DNA of 11,436 bases, counting the filler, from an uncultured Methanosarcinales archaeon (lineage in GTDB: Archaea > Nanobdellota > Nanobdellia > Woesearchaeales > DATDXC01), in assembly GCA_964510025.1 (NCBI GenBank). It is 3 parts of 3 records of this genome, joined end to end, with 100 filler letters (N's around TTAATTAATTAA, not from the genome) between each part and the next. Parts side by side here need not be neighbours in the genome. Positions count along the whole stretch, not along the records: positions 1 to 4,892 come from CAZDZV010000029.1; positions 4,993 to 8,667 come from CAZDZV010000032.1; 1 more part is not named here. One strand, given 5' to 3'. The notes beneath the pieces are model-generated. The model had not been told where the DNA came from. It did not search any database and saw only the letters and a program-made list of their open reading frames with translations. Shown here piece by piece: positions 1 through 6,350 of this stretch. The position numbers and the translations under genes are program-made. The first letter of the stretch is position 1. Every line of letters begins with the position of its first letter.

Positions 1-28
1 GTCTTTAAAGAGGGATATATTTATATAT

Positions 29-36
29 TTTATATA
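29..36 (+). promoter_or_regulatory. Putative archaeal TATA box (TTTATATA) for the ATP-grasp gene
   Basis: TTTATATA ends 25 nt upstream of the ATG at 62 and there is no Shine-Dalgarno, which fits a leaderless archaeal transcript. The region is very AT-rich, so the exact box is ambiguous. Confidence 0.5.
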
Positions 37-61
37 AATTATAAAATTATTATATTCTAGA

Positions 62-1084
62 ATGGTAGCCTTAAAAACATTTATGGAACCTGTACTGGAA
101 AGCCAGAAAGATGCCAGAGACTATTTTGCAGATGAGCTTTTAGCCCGAGGGATAGATGTCCATGAGCTGGGCCCTACTGAATACGATGCGCTGGTAGAGG
201 GTGGCAGGAATCTGGATGAGGTGGTAGAGAAGCTAGGAGCTGCTGATTTGGTGCTGCATGATTCCAGAAGGTTTGTGTGGTCATTGGCTGGGGTAGATAT
301 AAGATCAGATAATCCAATGGAAATGCATGAAAGAAGGGTAGGTATGCAGATAGACAGGAACCTGAATTTTTCCCTCTATAAGAGAGCCGCAGATAGATGC
401 TTCCACATATATCCCCCTAACGGAAAAAATGTAACCAGAAAAGACCAGATGCCAGGCATATTAAGGGAACTTGGGGTACCAACACCCAGAACAGTTGCTG
501 CTGAAGACTTTGATAATGATTTTTTTCCTGCGTATCTGAAAAAAACAAATGGCTCATGCGGAGATGGTGTTTTCTTAGTGCAAGGGCCCAGGGAATTTAG
601 AGCACCTGAGCATGGCAAGTACATAGTCCAGGAAGCCTATTTGCCGCCAACGATTTTTGCTTCAAGCGTAAGATTTGTGTGTTTTGGGAACAGTGTAATA
701 GGCGGCATGGTTTATTATAATCCGAACAGGAAAGATGTCGTAAATGGCTCTGGGGCCAGGGGAGTACCCCTGACAGAGCCGTTAAGAAGAAAGATGACTC
801 CAGAAGAAAGGTATGTTCTATCTGAATACCGGCCGGATGAGATAGCCAGGATTGCAGGATATGCCGGCAGAATAGGGGAATTTGGAATGCAGAACGGCTA
901 CCCTGCCCTGATGGTAGAAGCGATGGTTGACAGGGATACAGGAAAGATAGGAGTTATAGATGTCAATGCGTATTTCAGTCTAGGCATATTTCATGTATTG
1001 TACAACAACGACAAAGAAAGCACTGCACCAGATGAGCTGCACAGGCTGGCTGCCAGGAAATTTGCACAAGCGTACCTAAATTAA
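62..1084 (+). CDS. ATP-grasp fold protein, RimK/LysX-like (divergent), 340 aa
   Basis: ATP-grasp motifs in the expected order: RK..LRELGVPTPRT, FPAYLKKTNGSCGDGVFLV (K..GS.G.GV loop), YIVQE, SVRFVCFG, and C-terminal MVE..GVIDVN (canonical GVD..VLEVN). Confidence 0.8.
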   Translation: MVALKTFMEPVLESQKDARDYFADELLARGIDVHELGPTEYDALVEGGRNLDEVVEKLGAADLVLHDSRRFVWSLAGVDIRSDNPMEMHERRVGMQIDRNLNFSLYKRAADRCFHIYPPNGKNVTRKDQMPGILRELGVPTPRTVAAEDFDNDFFPAYLKKTNGSCGDGVFLVQGPREFRAPEHGKYIVQEAYLPPTIFASSVRFVCFGNSVIGGMVYYNPNRKDVVNGSGARGVPLTEPLRRKMTPEERYVLSEYRPDEIARIAGYAGRIGEFGMQNGYPALMVEAMVDRDTGKIGVIDVNAYFSLGIFHVLYNNDKESTAPDELHRLAARKFAQAYLN

Positions 1085-1707
1085 TTCTTTACCGCTATTA
1101 CATTAAAATGATATCTTTGCCTGTCTAAGCGCTCACTTCTTATGCTTGTTTCCCTGAATGCTGTTAGCCTAAAATCCTTCAGAAAACCCACGAGCTCTTT
1201 CTTGGTGAAGAAATGATGCGGAACATCTGAGTCCCAGTCAGCTATGCCTATCCTGGTTCCGGGCTCAATTTCATGACCTGTCTTTGCGGTAAAGTCCTTA
1301 GGAGACAACACTACAAGCACCAGTATTCCACCTGGCTTCAAGACACGTTGTATCTCATCGAATGTTTTTTTGATCTTGGCTATCCTGGAGTGATTTATCA
1401 CTGAAGTGCATACTATTGCGTCGAAGAAGCTATCTTCATATGGAAGAGATGACATTTCTGCCCTCTTCAGCTTTATGTTGGACAGATTATGCTGACGAAT
1501 GATATTAAGGCCATGCTGAGAAATATCGCAAGCATAAACCTCAAAGCCATTTTTTGCGTAGAAAAGAGCATGTCTGCCTGTACCACACCCTAAGTCAAGA
1601 ACACGCCTGGCCCCTTGCTTCTGAAAAATCGGCACTGATGCCACTACGACTTGATACGGCTTTTTCTGCACCTCTCCTTTATCCCTGTAGATGGCATCCC
1701 ATGTCAT
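1081..1707 (-). CDS. Class I SAM-dependent methyltransferase (Methyltransf_11/25-like), 208 aa
   Basis: Motif I RVLDLGCGTGRH, acidic motif VYACDIS, LPYEDSFFDAIVC and RVLKPGGILVL. Its stop shares TTAA (1081-1084) with the convergent ATP-grasp stop, and its start overlaps the ABCE1 stop (ATGA, 1704-1707). Confidence 0.93.
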   Translation of the reverse strand: MTWDAIYRDKGEVQKKPYQVVVASVPIFQKQGARRVLDLGCGTGRHALFYAKNGFEVYACDISQHGLNIIRQHNLSNIKLKRAEMSSLPYEDSFFDAIVCTSVINHSRIAKIKKTFDEIQRVLKPGGILVLVVLSPKDFTAKTGHEIEPGTRIGIADWDSDVPHHFFTKKELVGFLKDFRLTAFRETSIRSERLDRQRYHFNVIAVKN

Positions 1708-3464
1708 ATATAGTAGTAATTATCTTTTGATTTTTGCTCTCTGTCCTTAACACTGCCTGGCTTGTTGATCCTCGGCCTGCCCGATTCCTCATCTCTTCTG
1801 AGGGTTATCTCTACATCTCTTAACAAAGAATCCATTCCCCGGGACATAGCCATAGGCCCCTTTTCCAGACCATGGTTGGCAGGCTTTCCTTCAAAGACAA
1901 TCAGCCTGTTTGAAAGATAGTCGATAAAAAGAAGATCATGGTCAACCACCAAGACAGATATACCTCCAGTCTCTGCCACGTTCTTTATTACCTTGGATAC
2001 GGTCAGTCGCTGCTCAACATCCAGGTACGCTGAAGGCTCATCCAGCAGACATAGGTCAGATTTCTTAGATAAGGCAAGAGCTATAGATACCCGCTGAAGC
2101 TCTCCTCCGCTAAGCTCTGATAATTTTTTCATATAAAACCCCTTTATCCCCAGGGGATTGATTATATCTTTTGTGTGATTTTTTATTGCTTCCTGCAGGA
2201 CATTTACCACAAGCTCATCAGAATCAGCCTCAAGTTTCTGAGGCTTATAAGCTATGTTTATTTCTGTATCTGGTTTGCCCTTGTCTGGGTCTTCAACCCC
2301 TGCCAGAAGCTTTATGAAACTTGTCTTACCAATACCATTTTCACCTATGACACCGATAATCTCATTTCTGTTTATGTTGCCTGATGTTGTCTTCAGATCG
2401 AAATTGCCCAGCTTCTTCTCCATCTCCGGCCAGGATGACAGGATCTCCCTGCTTGACTTTTCCTGAGGGGGCCTTATCTCAAACTTGATCTTGTGGTCCC
2501 TGAAACGGATATTGTCTTCCTTGAGGTATCCTTCAAGATAGGAATTTATACCTGCTTTAGCTGACTTTAGCTGAGAAACAATACCATAGCACCCTTCTTT
2601 TCCGTACATTATATGGATAAGATCCGCCATATAATCCATCACGATAAGGTCATGCTCAATGACGATAACAGCTGTATCCGGGGATGCAAGAGACTTTATG
2701 AACCTGGCTACCTTTAGGCGCTGCTTTATGTCGAGATATGATGAGGGCTCGTCAAAGATATAGAGATTGGCTTTCTTAAGGACAGCTGCGGCGATCGCCA
2801 CACGCTGCAGTTCTCCTCCTGATATCTTAGATATGTCATTATCAAGGACATTATCTATCTCGAGCTTGGACGTAATCTGATCTAACTCCTTTTTTTCATC
2901 TATCTTCCTGAGAAGGTCAATGACCCTGCCTTCAGCATTTTTGGGTATCAGGTCAACATGCTGCGGCTTATAGCTTATCTTTATCTGCTTGTTCTTCACC
3001 TTCTCGAAAAATACCTGGGCTTGTGAGCCTTTGAAATATTCAACCAGCTGCCTATAGTCAACTGATTTGTTCTCCAGGACTCCAAGGTTAGGCTCAAGGA
3101 TCCCTGCTAGGATCTTTATTGCGGTGGATTTGCCTATTCCGTTGATACCCACTACACCCACAACCTTGCCAAAAATAGGAGTCGGCAGGCTATACAGATG
3201 AAAACCGTTCTGTCCGTATTGGTGTATTGGCGGCCTGTCCAGCTCTTCTGGAAGATTTATGATAGAGATGGCATCAAAAGGGCATCTGTTGGGGCAGATG
3301 CCGCATCCAGTGCACAATTCCTCATTTATTTTCGGCTTGCCGTCATCTCCTTTCACGATGCATTCTTCGCCCATCTTATTTACAGGGCAAACTCTCATGC
3401 ACAGATAGCCGCCGCAGCCAACAGGATTGCATTTCTCCTTCTGGATAATGGCTATCCTTGTCAT
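1704..3464 (-). CDS. rli: ABCE1/RLI ribosome-recycling ABC ATPase with N-terminal 2x[4Fe-4S] domain, 586 aa
   Basis: N-terminal Cys clusters CNPVGCGGYLCMRVCP and CTGCGICPNRCPFDAI. Two nucleotide-binding domains with Walker A GINGIGKS / GENGIGKT, signatures ISGGELQR / LSGGELQR, Walker B FDEPSSYLD / LDEPSAYLD and H-loops EHD / DHD. C-terminal RRDEESGRPRINK is typical. The family is restricted to archaea and eukaryotes. Confidence 0.98.
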   Translation of the reverse strand: MTRIAIIQKEKCNPVGCGGYLCMRVCPVNKMGEECIVKGDDGKPKINEELCTGCGICPNRCPFDAISIINLPEELDRPPIHQYGQNGFHLYSLPTPIFGKVVGVVGINGIGKSTAIKILAGILEPNLGVLENKSVDYRQLVEYFKGSQAQVFFEKVKNKQIKISYKPQHVDLIPKNAEGRVIDLLRKIDEKKELDQITSKLEIDNVLDNDISKISGGELQRVAIAAAVLKKANLYIFDEPSSYLDIKQRLKVARFIKSLASPDTAVIVIEHDLIVMDYMADLIHIMYGKEGCYGIVSQLKSAKAGINSYLEGYLKEDNIRFRDHKIKFEIRPPQEKSSREILSSWPEMEKKLGNFDLKTTSGNINRNEIIGVIGENGIGKTSFIKLLAGVEDPDKGKPDTEINIAYKPQKLEADSDELVVNVLQEAIKNHTKDIINPLGIKGFYMKKLSELSGGELQRVSIALALSKKSDLCLLDEPSAYLDVEQRLTVSKVIKNVAETGGISVLVVDHDLLFIDYLSNRLIVFEGKPANHGLEKGPMAMSRGMDSLLRDVEITLRRDEESGRPRINKPGSVKDREQKSKDNYYYI

Positions 3465-3487
3465 AATAGGTGGTTATTATATTCGCA

Positions 3488-3495
3488 TTAATAAA
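3488..3495 (-). promoter_or_regulatory. Putative archaeal TATA box (TTTATTAA on minus strand) for ABCE1
   Basis: The minus strand reads ACAAGC-TTTATTAA-23 nt-ATG(3464) within a 40-bp intergenic gap, with no Shine-Dalgarno. This is typical spacing for a leaderless archaeal mRNA. Confidence 0.6.
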
Positions 3496-3504
3496 GCTTG
3501 TCCA

Positions 3505-4892
3505 TCAGGCAGCGTATCGTCTGGCCTTGGGCCAGTAATGCTGGAGGAACCATTCCTGATGGGTGCTCCATGTCCAGTTACCGGTAAGAAGTCCCTGTAT
3601 TACCAAAGGTTCATTTCTTGCTAAGAAGTCATTTGCCCTTGCTTCTGAACGCAGCCTTCTCTTTTCCAGGGCCTTGAGTCTATTCATTGTATCAGCGATA
3701 TACCTGCCACCGAAGAAATAAAATGCGAAATAAAGAGTCTCATGCACGCTTTCATCATTCAGATATTCATCATCTATCAAAGCAGGGTTGCCGCTCACTT
3801 TCGCCAGCATAACATGGGCGTCATAGTCGTCTTTTCCTTCGACCATAAGTTCTCTGTGGTAGAGGCTATGGCACAGCCTGATCAGCCTATTGCCAAACCT
3901 CTCAGGATTATCCAAAGATGCTATCTCTATTTCATCCTCTGATATGCCAAACTGGTCTCTATTCGACCGTAACCACGCCATAAAATTCTGTTCTAAGAAA
4001 TATGCCGCTCCCTCAACAATAACTCTGGCGGCCGGATTGAATTCCCCCGGATAGTGCCTTAAGCCTGGAGGCATAAACCTTGAAAAATACCCTTGCAGCC
4101 TATGATAATTTTCATGCCCTAAGCTAGCATCCAGATCGCCTGAGTAGAACCGTAGCTGGCCTGTCTCTGGATCAGTGTAGAAATGAAACCTGTCTACATT
4201 AACTTCCATAGTCCTAGTTGTCCAGTCAAAGAAGCAGAATTCGGAATATTGGAAGACCAGATTGTAAAGCAGGGCAGCTGTTTCAGTGGCTAAAGTTGAT
4301 GGATCGCTCATATCGAGCATATGGTGAAGCCTGCCGACTATCTGCTGATGCTCAGCATGCGGGACAGCGGCAGCCTGTGCAGAAACTTGACTCTGAGTCT
4401 CAAACCCCATATCCAGATCATACTTAGAGACCATCTGCCTTAGCCTGGGCAATTGTGAAAGAACCATGGCTTCAAGATCTGCTGGATTAAAAGCTGACTC
4501 ATAGAAAAGCATGTCAGCCATCATTCTCTGTCTTCTTGTTATTGCCCTGTAGTCGATTGAGCGTAGCATGGACTCCAAGACAGCCATTGCCCCATTAGGC
4601 TCTGGTTTGCCTGAAAAATCGGCCTCGGGCAGGAATGCATAATTTAAAAAATTTCTCACGCCCCATTGCTGATTGTATTTTCTTGTAAAGAAAAAATTGA
4701 TATATTCCTGTTGAGCAAAGATGGAGTCTATTAGGTTTTTGCGGTACAACCTGCCGAAAGCAGTTCTGGGTCTTGTTCCTTGTATGTCTTCCATTAAATT
4801 TCCAAGTCTTATCCTCAAGCTGCGGGCAAGGTGCAGATTTGGGACTGAACTATCCTGCCCATTCGCCAACGACAAATCCAGAAGAGTAAACT
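3505..4892 (-). CDS. 5'-partial putative zinc metallopeptidase (gluzincin HExxH...E; DUF885-like)
   Basis: The frame stays open to the contig edge (..FTLLDLSLANG..), so the TTG start at 4875 is not reliable. SLGHENYHRLQ is followed about 30 aa later by VIVEGAAYFLE, with a distal FYFFGG. These resemble the H.LQ / VEG.A...E / Y..G motifs of DUF885-type proteins. Confidence 0.65.
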
Positions 4893-4992
4893 NNNNNNNN
4901 NNNNNNNNNNNNNNNNNNNNNNNNNNNNNNNNNNNNTTAATTAATTAANNNNNNNNNNNNNNNNNNNNNNNNNNNNNNNNNNNNNNNNNNNN
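4893..4992. other. Artificial contig-joining linker (N44-TTAATTAATTAA-N44)
   Basis: Exactly 100 bp; the 12-mer gives stops in all six frames; an identical copy lies at 8668-8767; composition and gene content change across it. Confidence 0.97.
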
Positions 4993-4993
4993 G

Positions 4994-5287
4994 GACTATT
5001 CCGTCTTCAAGAGCGCTGGGGAACCGCCGCATACATCCCGCAATGCTGGATTCGTGTTGCCACAACAGGTCGACCTGGCTCCGCACGAAGACGCTTCCGT
5101 TGTCGATGCGGCGCAACCACTTCCCGGCATCAACGACCATTTCACCGGCATGGCGCCCGATATCGGAGCCTATGAGTTCGGTCAGGAAAAACCACAGTAC
5201 GGTCCGCGCACCGAACGCTACGCTGAGCGATTGTCTGATTATCGCAAAAAACTGAAATCGTTCAGCGAACAAGGAGACGAAGAATGA
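4994..5287 (+). CDS. 3' fragment of a secreted right-handed beta-helix / pectate-lyase-like protein (choice-of-anchor-Q-like C-terminus)
   Basis: The frame is open from the contig edge (DYSVFKSAGEPP...). It contains DLAP...SVVDAA.PLPGINDHFTGMAPDIGAYEFG...YGPR, the typical C-terminal 'P.IDAG....PD(I/L)GAYE' motif of such proteins. Confidence 0.7.
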   Translation, partial: DYSVFKSAGEPPHTSRNAGFVLPQQVDLAPHEDASVVDAAQPLPGINDHFTGMAPDIGAYEFGQEKPQYGPRTERYAERLSDYRKKLKSFSEQGDEE

Positions 5288-5397
5288 AATTGTACACCTG
5301 TCTGTGTCGAGTATTCCACATTACGATCACCGATGTCTTCGCTTTTTGCGACGCCAACCCAACCTTCATGCAAACCAGAATTCTGGAGAACTCAGCC

Positions 5398-5586
5398 ATG
5401 TCACCATTGTTCCGCACCTCCCTCACCATCGCCTGCCTTCTCGGCTGCATCTCGCTGGCGTGGTCTGCAGACCGACCGCCTGCTCCCATAGCCTCCTACG
5501 AGTGGGTTGTCTTTCAACCACGGCACGGCCCTGCTGGAACGCAAGGATCCAAACTCGCCGTTCAACCGCCAGAGCTCAGATATTGA
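5398..5586 (+). pseudogene. N-terminal remnant of a secreted protein gene truncated by the transposable element
   Basis: GGAG at 5385-5388 precedes ATG 5398. There is a signal peptide MSPLFRTSLTIACLLGCISLAWSA|DRPP. The last codons (ELRY-TGA) come from the element's left TIR starting at 5570, exactly where GC content drops. Confidence 0.7.
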
Positions 5587-5628
5587 GGTAAGCTATTATA
5601 TGGACAAATCGCAAGTTAAACGCTCTCT
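5570..5628 (+). repeat. Left bipartite terminal inverted repeat
   Basis: Outer box CAGAGCTCAGATATT (5570-5584) matches the right end at 14/15. Inner box AATCGCAAGTTAAACGCTCTCT (5607-5628) matches at 21/22. The spacer is 22 nt. Confidence 0.9.
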
Positions 5629-6247
5629 ATTCTTCAAATATTGAGTCAATATTTTCTCCGGAGGCAGCGATGAAATCAAAGTTTCCTTCACCGCATTTTC
5701 TTTTTAACTGCTCCATAATTTTTCTGCATTTTGAAGGATTGTCATATGGACCGGATATAAATAGAGGCTTTCCCTTACATCCGAATTCGAATTCATGGGT
5801 TATACCTTCAGAGTCAATGTTGTTAAATACTTTGAAAGCTTTTCTGAAATCGGGATGCGGCTTAAAGCCAAGATTTTCTGCATACTCAACAGAATCAAGA
5901 ATAAGCTTTTTTGCTTTTGCGGGGTCATATTCTTCAAACCCCTGTCCATCAATTCTCCTGTTCAGTTCAAATAAAGTTGCTTCCCCGAGAAAAGCATTTT
6001 TTACTCCGAGACAATATAAATCAAGGTTTACAGTTCCCATGAGTAAAGATCCATGAGGTGTTTTTCTCAGCAGCATAACAGTAACCATACCATCTGTTAT
6101 ATTCTGCAGATAGCACTTGTAGACTGGACCATTCATTCCGGGTATTCCCGGTGTGTTCTGCGATCTTTCTGCTTTTCTCTTTGCTTTTCTCTTTGCTTTC
6201 TTCCTTGCTAATTTTTTCTGTCTTCTTCTTTCTGAACGTTTACTCAT
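5627..6247 (-). CDS. Hypothetical passenger protein with Lys/Arg-rich N-terminus, 206 aa
   Basis: Full-length ORF with protein-like motifs LDLYCLGVKNAF, YAENLGFKPHPDF and FG..GKPLFISGPYDN...GEGNFDF, which I recall from a widespread uncharacterised family. Its stop codon overlaps the inner left TIR box. Confidence 0.85.
   Translation of the reverse strand: MSKRSERRRQKKLARKKAKRKAKRKAERSQNTPGIPGMNGPVYKCYLQNITDGMVTVMLLRKTPHGSLLMGTVNLDLYCLGVKNAFLGEATLFELNRRIDGQGFEEYDPAKAKKLILDSVEYAENLGFKPHPDFRKAFKVFNNIDSEGITHEFEFGCKGKPLFISGPYDNPSKCRKIMEQLKRKCGEGNFDFIAASGENIDSIFEE
6170..6209. repeat. 12-bp tandem repeat encoding (KRKA)n in the passenger's basic N-terminus
   Basis: TGCTTTTCTCTT twice exactly (6170-6193), then degenerate TGCTTTCTTCCT and a partial TGCT. 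Confidence 0.7.
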
Positions 6248-6350
6248 TGCTAAATCTTTCTTTTGTTTTTATTTTGATTTATCTCAATATCACAATACTC
6301 AACAGAACGAAATAATAAAATAACCACGGAAACAGAACAGGCCATTAATT

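Noticed and set aside
1704..3464. ABCE1 as a horizontally transferred gene in a bacterial genome
   Set aside because: It lies on a separate contig with archaeal promoter signals; the bacterial DNA is across an artificial linker.
2175..4427. Short plus-strand ORFs within ABCE1 and the peptidase (and similar shadows at 376-624, 5670-6056, 7142-7994, 9147-9329, 10081-10281 and 11232-11432)
   Set aside because: Antisense overlaps of well-supported genes, with no motifs.
4937..4948. TTAATTAATTAA palindrome (also at 8712-8723) as a biological repeat or att site
   Set aside because: It sits centred in identical N44 pads and is a six-frame-stop assembly linker.
4721..5272. ORFs 4721-4948 (+) and 4937-5272 (-) that run through N tracts
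   Set aside because: Artefacts of the linker, and antisense to better-supported genes.
5284..5397. Upstream extension (MKLYTCLC...) of the 5284-5586 ORF
   Set aside because: The RBS and signal peptide point to ATG 5398. The ATGA overlap at 5284 means the longer start cannot be fully excluded, but it would bury the signal peptide.
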